Positions 28,248 through 37,553 are shown, numbered from the stretch's first letter. The stretch is DNA of 64,000 nucleotides from an uncultured bacterium (GCA_965371015.1 CBDUWU010000001.1:1368-65367); one strand, 5' to 3'. Notes: generated by a model from the sequence alone, not told the origin. Program-made: numbers and translations.

Positions 28248-30149
28248 GTGTGCGGGATCGCCGGTATCGTCGTTCGTGAGGGATCGGTCGAGCCCTACCT
28301 CGAAAACCTCGACGATGCGGCGGCGAGGTTCGTCCATCGGGGACCCGACCACGGAGGGCGGTTCGTCGGGGGGCGCGCCGCGCTGGCGCACCGCAGGCTG
28401 GCCATCATCGACACGTCGCCGGCGGGTAACCAGCCGATGTCGGACGAGTCGGGGCGTTACACGATCGTTTACAACGGCGAGTTGTACAATTTTCGCGAAC
28501 TGCGGAATCAGTTGGCCGGTGAGGGCGTTGTGTTCGGGTCGGATTCGGATTCGGAAGTAATGCTCAAGCTGTTCATCGCCCGGGGGGCGGCGGCGCTCGA
28601 CGACGCAAACGGATTTTTCGCGTTTGCCGTATTCGATTCTGAGCGCCAGTCGCTGTTCGTTGCCCGCGACAGGTTCGGGATCAAACCGCTCTACTACTGT
28701 TCCACCGACTACGGTTTTATATTCGCCTCGGAACTCAGGTCTTTGCTCGCGTTCCCCGTCGAACGGCGGATCGACGACGTTTCGCTCTACCAGTACCTTC
28801 AGCTGAGCTATATTCCGGCCCCGCACACGATACTGAAAAACGTAAACAAGCTCGAACCAGGGTGCTGGCTCGAAACCGATGGCTCGGTACCGGAAATCCG
28901 GCGATACTATAGGCTCCCGCGCGACGGCGCGGCGGCGGCCGGTCCCGCCGTCACGTCTTACGACGACGCCGTCGCCCGAGTGCGATCGACGCTCGACGAT
29001 GCCGTAGGCATGCGGCTCGTCTCCGACGTCCCGCTGGGTGCCTTTCTCAGCGGCGGTATCGACTCGACGGTGATCGCCGCGCTGGCCGCGCGGCACACCG
29101 ACCGCCTCAAGACCTTTTCGATCGGATTCAGGGATAACGAGTTTTACGACGAAACGCCCGACGCCCTCGCGGCGGCGCGCGCGATCGACACCGACCATAC
29201 CGCGTTCCGGTTGACTTCGCAGAACCTGTTCGACCACCTGTACGACACTCTCGATCATCTCGACGAACCGTTCGCCGACTCGTCGGCGCTGGCGGTCAAC
29301 ATCCTCTCGATGCGCACGAGGGAGCACGTCAAGGTGGCTCTGTCCGGCGACGGCGCAGACGAACTGCTCGGTGGCTACAACAAACACTACGCTGATTACC
29401 GTGCGCGCCGGGGCGGGGCCGCGGTCGCGCTCGTGAAGGCGCTTTCGCCGTTGTGGAGCTTTTTGCCCGCGTCGCGCGACTCCGTCTTTTCGAACCGTGT
29501 CCGGCAACTCCGCCGTTTTTCGCAATCGGCCGGGTTGCCCGCCGGACGCCGGTACTGGGAGTGGTGCAAATTCACGTCGGGGGAACAGGCGCTCCGGGTT
29601 ATGACGGGCGAATCCGCTGCGACCGGCATGGACTACCGTCGCCGCGTCGAAGCTGCCGTTGAGGGGATTCGCGACGACGGCACTCTCAACGACGTGTTCC
29701 GTGCCGACGTCAGTCTGGTGCTGGCGAACGACATGTTGCGAAAGGTCGACTCTATGTCGATGGCGAATAGTCTGGAAGTCCGGGTTCCTTACCTCGACCA
29801 CCGTTTCGTAGAGCTGTGTTTCTCGCTGCCCGCCGGGTACAAGATCGGCGCGGGAGTGCGCAAGAAGATATTACGCGACGCCTTCGCCTCGATCATTCCC
29901 GCCCGGGCACTCGAAAAACCGAAACACGGGTTCGAGGTACCTCTTCTGCACTGGTTCAGGACGGGTCTGCGGCCGTTGATCGAGGACGACCTGCTTTCCG
30001 ACGATTTCGTCGCCGGCCAGGGCGTATTTGACCCCGCCGGCGTGGCGGCCCTCAGAAAGAGGCTGTTTTCGGCCCGGCCTGGCGACGTCGCACCGTTGGT
30101 GTGGGCACTGGTCGTATTCCAGCACTGGTGGCGAAAGTACATGGATTGA
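28248..30149 (+). CDS. asnB: asparagine synthase (glutamine-hydrolysing)-type amidotransferase, as found in O-antigen/EPS loci
   Basis: MCGIAG N-terminal nucleophile, SGGIDS PP-loop; 633 aa. Confidence 0.8.
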   Translation: MCGIAGIVVREGSVEPYLENLDDAAARFVHRGPDHGGRFVGGRAALAHRRLAIIDTSPAGNQPMSDESGRYTIVYNGELYNFRELRNQLAGEGVVFGSDSDSEVMLKLFIARGAAALDDANGFFAFAVFDSERQSLFVARDRFGIKPLYYCSTDYGFIFASELRSLLAFPVERRIDDVSLYQYLQLSYIPAPHTILKNVNKLEPGCWLETDGSVPEIRRYYRLPRDGAAAAGPAVTSYDDAVARVRSTLDDAVGMRLVSDVPLGAFLSGGIDSTVIAALAARHTDRLKTFSIGFRDNEFYDETPDALAAARAIDTDHTAFRLTSQNLFDHLYDTLDHLDEPFADSSALAVNILSMRTREHVKVALSGDGADELLGGYNKHYADYRARRGGAAVALVKALSPLWSFLPASRDSVFSNRVRQLRRFSQSAGLPAGRRYWEWCKFTSGEQALRVMTGESAATGMDYRRRVEAAVEGIRDDGTLNDVFRADVSLVLANDMLRKVDSMSMANSLEVRVPYLDHRFVELCFSLPAGYKIGAGVRKKILRDAFASIIPARALEKPKHGFEVPLLHWFRTGLRPLIEDDLLSDDFVAGQGVFDPAGVAALRKRLFSARPGDVAPLVWALVVFQHWWRKYMD

Positions 30150-30239
30150 GGCCGGTTGTGGTCCGTGCCGCCTCCGGAGAGTGATTTATTTTCTTGTCTT
30201 ACCGGCTGTGTCTACATATCCTGAAACATCCTCTGACGA

Positions 30240-30260
30240 CGCGGGAATACCGCGGGAATA
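30240..30260 (+). repeat. tandem direct repeat CGCGGGAATA(c)CGCGGGAATA upstream of the phosphotransferase fusion gene
   Basis: two 10-bp units spaced by 1 nt, 26 nt upstream of the GTG start at 30286. Confidence 0.5.
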
Positions 30261-30285
30261 TTAATGAAACCGAGGGACTGACGAC

Positions 30286-33123
30286 GTGACCGCACTGGTT
30301 TGCTTTCTGATCGCTTTCGGAGTGTCGTATCTGGGCACCCTCGGGCTGCTGCGCATCCCCATGGTGAGGGGCTTTATCGACGTTCCCAACGAGCGAAGTT
30401 CGCACGAGGCGCCCAAATCCAGGATCGGCGGCGTTGCCATCGTGGTCTCGTTCTACGCGGCGCTCGTGTGGTTGTGGGTGTCACAACCGGAGACTCGGGT
30501 ATTTATGCCGCTGGCCGTCGGGTCCGCGATGCTGTTTCTCACCGGCCTGATCGATGACTGGCGCGGGCTCGGCGTAAAAATCAAGTTTGCCATGCAGATC
30601 GTCGCGGCGATTACGGTAGTGTCGTTCGGGGTCTCGATCGACCACATATACATACCGGCCGCCGGGAGCGTGGAACTGGGCTGGACCGGTATTCCGATCA
30701 CCGTTCTGTTCATCGTCGGAAGCATTAACTTCTACAACTTCATAGACGGTATCGACGGGCTGGCCGCGGGCAGCGCGTTTATCGCGGCGGGGTTTCTGGC
30801 GCTGATCTCCATGACGCTGGGGCACTCGGCACTCGCGCTGGTACTTGTCGCGGCAGCCGGCAGTTCCATCGGCTTTTTACAGTTCAATTTTCCCCCGTCA
30901 AAATTGTTCATGGGTGACAGCGGAAGCACATTTCTCGGCTTCTTTTTTGCGTATACCGCCGTCGCGGCCAACGGGCTGACGCCCGAGCTTCCGGTGTTCA
31001 TTCCGGTTCTGATCCTGTCGTCGCTCTACCTCGACGCGGGGTTGACCCTGTTCAACCGCCTGATCAAGCGTGAAAACATATTCAAAGCGCACCATACTCA
31101 CTATTACCAGAGGCTCCTCTCGCTCGGGTTGAATCACAAACAGGTCACGCTGCTCGAGTACCTGGTGCTCATCCTTCTTGGTGTAAGCGCTGTCGTTTAC
31201 TTCAAGGCGGGCGAGTATTTTCCCGTGTTTATAAGCGCGTGCTGGATCACGCTTTTTACGCTGGCCATTTTGAAGATCCGTGGCCTGGAACGCGGCGACA
31301 AGCTGTTCTGGGAAAAGCGCACTTTGTTCGTCATCGGCCTCGATCTGGTACTGATCACGGTGGCGTACCTGGGTGCGTATTTCATGAGGATGAATTTCCG
31401 CTTCACCGATCCGGAAGGCACGGCGGTTCTGCGCGCGCTTCCGATCGTGCTGATCGTTCGAAGCGCCGTGTTCCACAAACTGGGCTTGTACCGGAGCGTG
31501 TACAAGTACACGAGCACGGCGGACATCGTGCGAATACTCAAGGCGGTCACGATGGGGTCGGCCATCATTCTGACCACCGTTGTCCTGCTCTACCGTTTTG
31601 TCTCGTTTCCGAGAACGCTGTTCATAATCGAATTTTTTCTGCTGACGCTGCTCATCCTCGGGTCGAGATTCTCTTTCCGCCTGTTCCACGAGATCGGCAA
31701 GGAAGCGCACGGCGCCAACGTGAAGCGATACGGGATTGTCGGCGCTGGAGACTTCGGAGAACGGGTCGCGCGCGAGCTGCGTAACGACAGCACCCGGACG
31801 ACAGTGGTGTCCTGTTTTATCGACGACGCCCCGGGCAAGATCGGGATGACGCTGCACGGAGCGCCGATCGTGGGGCCGGTCGACACCCTGGAGGCGATCG
31901 TGGCGAAGTACAAACTGGACGCGATCGTCGTGGGAATCGCCCGTCTCGACCAATACAGGATGGAACAGATTGCCGGGGCTGCCCGGGCCGCGGGGGTGGC
32001 GCTGGAGGGCCGTCAGAGCTCGTTGAAAAAGGATCCCGTTCGACCGGACGAGTTGTTCGAGAAGCTCGCACACGGGATCGGAAGGACCCGCGCCTGCGAC
32101 GTGGGGACGCCGTCCCGCGTATTTTATCGCGGCAAACGTGTGCTGCTCACCGGCGGCGGCGGACCATCCGGCCCGGCGTTAGCCCGCAAGCTGTCTGAAC
32201 TCGGCGCGGTGGTAACCGTGCAGACCGATTCGCCTCACGACGCCAGCAGATTCAACGCGGACCTGCGGAAGGACGTGTTCGTCCACATGGGACCGCCGGT
32301 GGGACCCGAAGGCTGGAAGAGCCTCTTCGACTCCGCCCGGCCCGACGTGGTGTTCTACTGCCTTGCCCTCGAAGTGCCGGCCGACTCGTACTCGGAGTCC
32401 TTCCTGTGGCACGCTTCGGTTTCGACGACGGTGGACCTGATGTCCGCCGTTGCCGGCTCGAGCGTATCTTCACTCGTGATGGTTTCGAATCGTGGAGCTG
32501 GGGCGCAACGAACCGCCGCGGATGCGGCTGCGGTCGCCGAAGCCATATTGCTCAACGGTGTGCTCCCGGACACTGTCGTACCACAGGTGATCCGATTGCC
32601 CCGGGTACTGGATTCGGGCGATCTCCTCGACGTGTTCAACGCGTGGTCGGGCGCAGCGCCGGGCCCAGACACCGGATACGACGTGCTCGAGCCCGAAGCA
32701 GTGGCGGTCGTGCTTGACACCGCGGCTTCCGGCCCGGGTCGCGTCATTGTCGTGCCCCAGTGGAGCGGTTCGTTTTCGGCGGTGGACGCGGAATCGATCC
32801 TCAACGGCAGGCCGGGCCCCGGAAGGACGGATCAATGGGATCGCATCGATCGCAACGCAGGCCCGTTGTATCCGGCTGAAGCCATCGCGGGGCCCCCGAC
32901 ACCGGGTGCGATACGATCGGTCGCCGGGGTCGCCGTCGTGACCCCCCTCTGTCCCGCCGATGAAACCGTCGCGGCCGCCCTGGCCAGCGACCCGCCCGAC
33001 GCCACCGGGGACGAGCGGATCAGGTGGATGGAAGCGGCGACTGCGTCGCTGTATCGTGACTCGGCCTCCGGCGCTGATACCGCCCCTGAGGCGGACTCCA
33101 CCCGCGAGAAGGAGCGGTTGTGA
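30286..33123 (+). CDS. fusion protein: polyprenyl-phosphate sugar-1-phosphate transferase (WecA/MraY GT4 family) + CapD/WbpM-like membrane/Rossmann region with degenerate SDR domain + Ala/Pro-rich C-terminal tail
   Basis: aa 1-330 carry the MraY/WecA motifs DDWRGL, NFIDGIDGLA, MGDSGSTFLGF; aa 340-470 have four more TM helices followed by YGIVGAGDFGERVAREL, as in CapD/PglF; aa 560-760 contain VLLTGGGGPSGPALARKL but no clear Y-x3-K catalytic motif. Confidence 0.75.
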   Translation: MTALVCFLIAFGVSYLGTLGLLRIPMVRGFIDVPNERSSHEAPKSRIGGVAIVVSFYAALVWLWVSQPETRVFMPLAVGSAMLFLTGLIDDWRGLGVKIKFAMQIVAAITVVSFGVSIDHIYIPAAGSVELGWTGIPITVLFIVGSINFYNFIDGIDGLAAGSAFIAAGFLALISMTLGHSALALVLVAAAGSSIGFLQFNFPPSKLFMGDSGSTFLGFFFAYTAVAANGLTPELPVFIPVLILSSLYLDAGLTLFNRLIKRENIFKAHHTHYYQRLLSLGLNHKQVTLLEYLVLILLGVSAVVYFKAGEYFPVFISACWITLFTLAILKIRGLERGDKLFWEKRTLFVIGLDLVLITVAYLGAYFMRMNFRFTDPEGTAVLRALPIVLIVRSAVFHKLGLYRSVYKYTSTADIVRILKAVTMGSAIILTTVVLLYRFVSFPRTLFIIEFFLLTLLILGSRFSFRLFHEIGKEAHGANVKRYGIVGAGDFGERVARELRNDSTRTTVVSCFIDDAPGKIGMTLHGAPIVGPVDTLEAIVAKYKLDAIVVGIARLDQYRMEQIAGAARAAGVALEGRQSSLKKDPVRPDELFEKLAHGIGRTRACDVGTPSRVFYRGKRVLLTGGGGPSGPALARKLSELGAVVTVQTDSPHDASRFNADLRKDVFVHMGPPVGPEGWKSLFDSARPDVVFYCLALEVPADSYSESFLWHASVSTTVDLMSAVAGSSVSSLVMVSNRGAGAQRTAADAAAVAEAILLNGVLPDTVVPQVIRLPRVLDSGDLLDVFNAWSGAAPGPDTGYDVLEPEAVAVVLDTAASGPGRVIVVPQWSGSFSAVDAESILNGRPGPGRTDQWDRIDRNAGPLYPAEAIAGPPTPGAIRSVAGVAVVTPLCPADETVAAALASDPPDATGDERIRWMEAATASLYRDSASGADTAPEADSTREKERL

Positions 33124-34013
33124 AACAGTTCTTCTTTGTACTTCAGTCGATGCGGCCCGGCCAGTGGACCAAAAACCTCGTGGTGTTTGCCGGACTCGTC
33201 TTCTCGCAAAACCTTTTTGATCGCCAGCTCGCCGCCAAGAGCGTCGAAGCTTTTGTCGTGTTCTGCCTGTTGTCGGGGATGATCTATCTCGTCAACGACA
33301 TAGCCGATATCGAGCGTGACAAGCTCCACGCCCGCAAGAAGCACCGTGCGCTGCCCTCCGGGCGCCTCAAACTATCGACGGCGGTGGTTGCGTCGATCGT
33401 CGGAACACTGGCCGGCCTCTATCTCGCCTGGCTGGTTGGGCGCGAGTTTTTTGTCGTCGCCGTCGTGTTCTTTGCGTTGAACATGCTATACTCGTTCGTC
33501 ATCAAGCGTATTGTGCTTCTCGACGTGATGAGCATTTCGATCAGTTTCATACTGCGCGCGATCGGGGGAGTGGAAGCCCTGCGCAGTCTGGAGCCGTCGA
33601 TCGAGATATCGCCTTGGCTCTTGATCTGCACCCTGTTCCTTTCCCTGTTTCTCGGGTTCTGCAAACGACGGCACGAGCTGGTCACCCTGTCCAACGCCCA
33701 CCAGCACCGGCGGTCTCTGCGGGAATATTCGCCGGCGCTGCTCGACCAACTCGTTGGAATCACCGCAGGCGGGTCAGTGCTCGCGTACGCGATATACACA
33801 ATCTGGCCCGACACCGTGGACAATTTCGGCTCGACGGACCTGGTTTATACAGTGCCGCTGGTTCTGCTCGGCGTCATGCGCTACCTTTACCTGGTCTACA
33901 CCCAGCAGAAGGGCGGAAGCCCCTCCGAGCTCCTCCTCCACGAGAAATTCCTGCTGGTCACGGTTGTCACGTGGGGCGCTCTGGTGATTGTGTTGTTGGG
34001 TGGATTCAGGTAA
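33120..34013 (+). CDS. UbiA-family prenyltransferase, decaprenyl-phosphate phosphoribosyltransferase (DPPR synthase)-like
   Basis: RPGQWTKNLVVFAGLVFS and YLVNDIADIERDKLHARKKHRALPSG resemble Rv3806c-type DPPR synthases (from memory); 8-9 TM helices. Confidence 0.7.
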   Translation: MKQFFFVLQSMRPGQWTKNLVVFAGLVFSQNLFDRQLAAKSVEAFVVFCLLSGMIYLVNDIADIERDKLHARKKHRALPSGRLKLSTAVVASIVGTLAGLYLAWLVGREFFVVAVVFFALNMLYSFVIKRIVLLDVMSISISFILRAIGGVEALRSLEPSIEISPWLLICTLFLSLFLGFCKRRHELVTLSNAHQHRRSLREYSPALLDQLVGITAGGSVLAYAIYTIWPDTVDNFGSTDLVYTVPLVLLGVMRYLYLVYTQQKGGSPSELLLHEKFLLVTVVTWGALVIVLLGGFR

Positions 34014-34021
34014 AATCATCA

Positions 34022-34038
34022 CCCCCCCCCCGGGGGGG
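34022..34038. repeat. C10-G7 homopolymer pair (self-complementary) in the UbiA-DUF362 intergenic region
   Basis: atcaCCCCCCCCCCGGGGGGGattcac located 9 nt after the UbiA stop and ~25 nt before the DUF362 RBS. Confidence 0.9.
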
Positions 34039-34072
34039 ATTCACACCATCTTGTAAACGAGCGAGGAGATCA

Positions 34073-35179
34073 ATGGCATCCAGAGTAGCCGTTTTGTTCA
34101 CGACTCCCGAGACCGTCCTTGCGGACTACCAGAAAGTAATGGAGCTGGCGTGCTGGACAGAGACGCTCACGGGGGAGAGGGAACTACTCCTTAAGTTGAA
34201 CCTCTCCTGGACAAAGTATTTCCCCTCGTGTTCCAGTCAGCCGTGGCAGGTGGAAGGCGTCGTAAAGACGCTTCTGGAGGGGCACTACACGCCGGAGACG
34301 GTGATTCCCGTCGAGAACAAAACCGTAGTGACCAATCCCCGAAAGGGGGCCAGGAACAACCTGTGGATGCCCGTGCTGGACGAGTACGGGTGCCGTTTCC
34401 AACCGCTGACAGAGATCGAGTGGAAGGTTCACCGCTTCGAGGCGGATCTACTGAAACTCAATGACATCTTTCCCGAGGGCATCGAGATCCCGTCGATCTA
34501 CGAGGGCAGAGACATTCTGCACCTGCCGACGGTGAAGACCCACGGACATTCCATCACCACAGGCGCGATCAAGAACGCGTTCGGGGGATTACTCAAGGAA
34601 GTGCGGCACTACGCCCACAAATATATTCACGAATTAATGGTCGAGCTGCTGCTGCTGCCGCGCGAGCTTCAGCCCACCGTGGTCGCCTTTAGGGCCGGCA
34701 CGGGGGCCGGCGCCGGCGCCGGGCCCCGGACGATGATCCCGAGGATTCAGAATGTCATCCTGGCCAGTTCCGACTCGGTTGCGATCGACGCGGTGGCGGC
34801 GAAAATGATGGGGTACGACCCGTTGGAAATTCCGTATCTGCGCATGGCAACGGAGATGGGTCTGGGTGAAGGCCGAATCGGGCACATCGAGATCGCGGGG
34901 GAACCGATCGACAATATCAACTTTCACTTCCAGACCCGGAAAAGTCTGGTGATCTGGGGCGACCAGATGTTGCGTCTGGGCCCGCTGCGGTTCCTGGAGA
35001 AGTTGTTACTCCACTCACCGCTCATGGTGTGGGCGCCTTTCGCGTCGAACGTGTATCACGACTACATGTGGTACCCGACGGTCGGCGCCAGACGCATCCG
35101 GGAGTTCTCACGCACCCCCTGGGGCGAGTTGTTCGAACGGTATAAGAAATTACCACGAAACGAACCGGACGGCGGTTGA
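34073..35179 (+). CDS. DUF362-like protein (uncharacterised, Fe-S-cluster-associated family)
   Basis: 368 aa; GGAG RBS 5 nt upstream; family call from memory of DUF362; internal low-complexity AGTGAGAGAGP. Confidence 0.5.
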   Translation: MASRVAVLFTTPETVLADYQKVMELACWTETLTGERELLLKLNLSWTKYFPSCSSQPWQVEGVVKTLLEGHYTPETVIPVENKTVVTNPRKGARNNLWMPVLDEYGCRFQPLTEIEWKVHRFEADLLKLNDIFPEGIEIPSIYEGRDILHLPTVKTHGHSITTGAIKNAFGGLLKEVRHYAHKYIHELMVELLLLPRELQPTVVAFRAGTGAGAGAGPRTMIPRIQNVILASSDSVAIDAVAAKMMGYDPLEIPYLRMATEMGLGEGRIGHIEIAGEPIDNINFHFQTRKSLVIWGDQMLRLGPLRFLEKLLLHSPLMVWAPFASNVYHDYMWYPTVGARRIREFSRTPWGELFERYKKLPRNEPDGG

Positions 35180-35182
35180 GTC

Positions 35183-36091
35183 ATGCCCCTGAACGCCTCA
35201 CGAGCTCGAAACGTACGCGCCATAACGCGGGCGAAGGTCAACCTTTCTCTCGAGGTCATCCGGCGCCGGGGCGACGGCTTCCACGAGATCGAAACGATCT
35301 TCCAGTCGATCAGTATGGCGGACGAACTTGATATCAAGTGGAACGGCGATGGAGTGATCGAGATTTCGTGCTCCGATCCGGGCATTCCGGTCGATGCGAC
35401 TAACCTCTGCCACCGGGCCATAGCGGCGATGCGCCGTCACGCCGGGGAGGATCTCGGAGCGCGGATCCACATAGAAAAGCGGATTCCGTCTTCGGCCGGC
35501 CTCGGGGGCGGCAGCGCCAACGCCGCCGGAGTGATTCTCGCCGTGGACCAGGCGCTGAAACTGCGGCTCCCCGTGGGGAAACTCGAGGCCGTGGCAGCAG
35601 GGCTCGGTAGTGATATTCCATTTATGCTCCACGGAGGGACAATGCTCGGGCGTGGCAGGGGCGAAATACTGACCCGGCTCGACGAAATGAAAGAGTGTTA
35701 TTTCACTATAGTGAAACCCCCGGTAAGTATTTCGACAGCTTGGGTTTATGAGAATATCAATTTGGCGTTGACAAAGCACAAGCCGCGGATTAACCTGAGA
35801 ACGGTAAATGCCGTTCTGGCAAGGTTTCCCGGGGTTACTGCGTCGTTCCGGAACGCGTTGGAAGATGTTGTTTGCCCGACCCATCCGGTCGTCTCCGGGA
35901 TCCTGGACGAATTGCTGGCGACGCGGCCGAGTTTTGCCTCGATGTCGGGAAGCGGCTCTGCTCTGTACGCCATTTATGACAACGAAGCGCAAGCAGTCGA
36001 GACAGCTGAGCGGTTTTCGGTGAAAGAGTTCTTTTGCTCTGTAGCCACTCCAGCGAAGCGAGCGGTAGAAATCTCTGAATTAGAGGGATGA
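35183..36091 (+). CDS. ispE: 4-diphosphocytidyl-2-C-methyl-D-erythritol kinase
   Basis: KVNLSLEV N-terminal motif, GHMP kinase motif IPSSAGLGGGSANAA. Confidence 0.85.
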   Translation: MPLNASRARNVRAITRAKVNLSLEVIRRRGDGFHEIETIFQSISMADELDIKWNGDGVIEISCSDPGIPVDATNLCHRAIAAMRRHAGEDLGARIHIEKRIPSSAGLGGGSANAAGVILAVDQALKLRLPVGKLEAVAAGLGSDIPFMLHGGTMLGRGRGEILTRLDEMKECYFTIVKPPVSISTAWVYENINLALTKHKPRINLRTVNAVLARFPGVTASFRNALEDVVCPTHPVVSGILDELLATRPSFASMSGSGSALYAIYDNEAQAVETAERFSVKEFFCSVATPAKRAVEISELEG

Positions 36092-36126
36092 GTTCGCGGA
36101 CGAGGACGCTCAAAAGGGGGAGCTCG

Positions 36127-36414
36127 ATGAATATCACCGAAGTAAGGATTTCTCTCAGAGACGACGCCAAGCTCAAGGCGTTCGCGAGTATCACGCTGGA
36201 CAACTGCTTTGTTGTCCGCGGGCTCAAGATTATCGAAGGAAAAACCGGCACTTTCATTGCCATGCCGAGTCGCAAGCGCAAGGATGGCGAGTACCAGGAT
36301 ATCGCCCATCCGATCAATAACGACGCCCGGGCGGTCATGGAGAGGGTCATCCTCAAGGCCTACAGGGAGGAAGTCGAGAGTAGCGCGGTAACACAACCTC
36401 CCGACGCCGAATGA
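36127..36414 (+). CDS. spoVG: septation protein SpoVG
   Basis: MNITEVRISLRDDAKLKAFASITLDNCFVVRGLKIIEGKTGTFIAMPSRK highly SpoVG-like; 95 aa. Confidence 0.85.
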   Translation: MNITEVRISLRDDAKLKAFASITLDNCFVVRGLKIIEGKTGTFIAMPSRKRKDGEYQDIAHPINNDARAVMERVILKAYREEVESSAVTQPPDAE

Positions 36415-36470
36415 CGTCGAACTGACGATGGATAGCTCGTCCCTTTTCGGGGCGTTGCAACAGTTCTTAG

Positions 36471-36544
36471 TGGGGCGTCGACAAGTGGTAAGTCACAGGG
36501 TTTTGGTCCCTGCATCGGGGGTTCGAATCCTCCCGCCCCAACCA
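36471..36544 (+). tRNA. tRNA-Gln (anticodon TTG)
   Basis: U1-A72 acceptor pair (TGGGGCG/CGCCCCA), anticodon loop TTTTGGT, T-loop GGTTCGAATCC, encoded CCA. Confidence 0.8.
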
Positions 36545-36564
36545 ACAAGAGGGAACAATATAGG

Positions 36565-36606
36565 TAGGCACCGATCTCGGACGGGTGGTTGCCTATCTTT
36601 TTTTTT
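36565..36606 (+). terminator. rho-independent terminator after tRNA-Gln, before prs
   Basis: TAGGCA...TGCCTA stem enclosing GC-rich loop followed by T9. Confidence 0.55.
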
Positions 36607-36620
36607 CAGGAGTCGCACCG

Positions 36621-37553
36621 ATGGACGGATTGAAAATTATCTCCGGTAATGCGAACAGGCCGCTGGCGGAAAAGGTGGGCGAACACCTCGGTCTCGAAAT
36701 GTGTGACGTGACGCTGGATCGATTTGCCGACGGCGAGATCAGGTGCAAGATCAACGAGAACATCCGAGGTGTCGACGTGTTTATCGTCCAGTCGACACAA
36801 CCGCCGGCGGAGAACCTGATGGAGCTCCTCATCCTGATCGATGCGTGCTTTCTAGCGTCGGCGGAACGGATTACCGTGGTGATTCCTTACTACGGTTACG
36901 CCCGACAGGACCGCAAAGACCAGGCGCGGGTCCCCCTGACGGCCAAGCTGGTGGCCAAGCTGGTGGAGGTGGCGGGAACCAACCGCGTGTTGACGCTCGA
37001 CCTCCACAGCGCTCAGATCCAGGGATTTTTCAATATTCAGGCGGATAATCTTTTTGCGGCGCCCGTGATGCTTGAATATATTAGGTCTTTGCAGTCCGAC
37101 AACCTGATGATCGTTGCGCCCGATGTGGGAAGCACCAAGATGGTGCGGGCTTTCGCCAAGCGGCTCAACGTCGAGATGGCCGTGGTCGACAAGCGCCGCC
37201 ATGCGGTAGACCAGACCCAGGTCATGAACATCATCGGTGACGTCAGCGGCAAGGACGTTGTGATCCTCGACGATATGGTTTCCACGGCGGGGACGCTCGT
37301 GAACGGCGCCATAGCGATTGCCGAGGCCGGGGCCCGGTCTATCACGGCGTGCGCGACTCACCCCGTGTTTGCGGGAGAAGCGTGCAAGCGTATCATGGAG
37401 TCGCCTATCAAGGACGTCGTTGTCACCAACTCGGTGCCGTTCGACCGGATGATGCAGTGCCCCAAAGTCAAGGTTCTCGACGTTTCGGAGCTGATCGCGG
37501 AAGCAATCAAGAGAATTCATTACAACGAATCAGTCAGTACGTTATTTGTTTGA
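36621..37553 (+). CDS. prs: ribose-phosphate pyrophosphokinase
   Basis: MDGLKIISGNANRPLAEKV..., PRPP-binding motif VVILDDMVSTAGT. Confidence 0.9.
   Translation: MDGLKIISGNANRPLAEKVGEHLGLEMCDVTLDRFADGEIRCKINENIRGVDVFIVQSTQPPAENLMELLILIDACFLASAERITVVIPYYGYARQDRKDQARVPLTAKLVAKLVEVAGTNRVLTLDLHSAQIQGFFNIQADNLFAAPVMLEYIRSLQSDNLMIVAPDVGSTKMVRAFAKRLNVEMAVVDKRRHAVDQTQVMNIIGDVSGKDVVILDDMVSTAGTLVNGAIAIAEAGARSITACATHPVFAGEACKRIMESPIKDVVVTNSVPFDRMMQCPKVKVLDVSELIAEAIKRIHYNESVSTLFV

Noticed and set aside
27207-29801. 864-aa minus-strand ORF
   Set aside because: Antisense to the epimerase and asnB genes; Arg/Pro-rich composition typical of GC-rich noncoding frames
36430-36470. hairpin CGTCCCTTTTCGGGGCG after spoVG as a terminator
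   Set aside because: Stem is short and lacks a following U-tract; the tRNA-Gln starts immediately after, so it may be a processing-site structure or nothing
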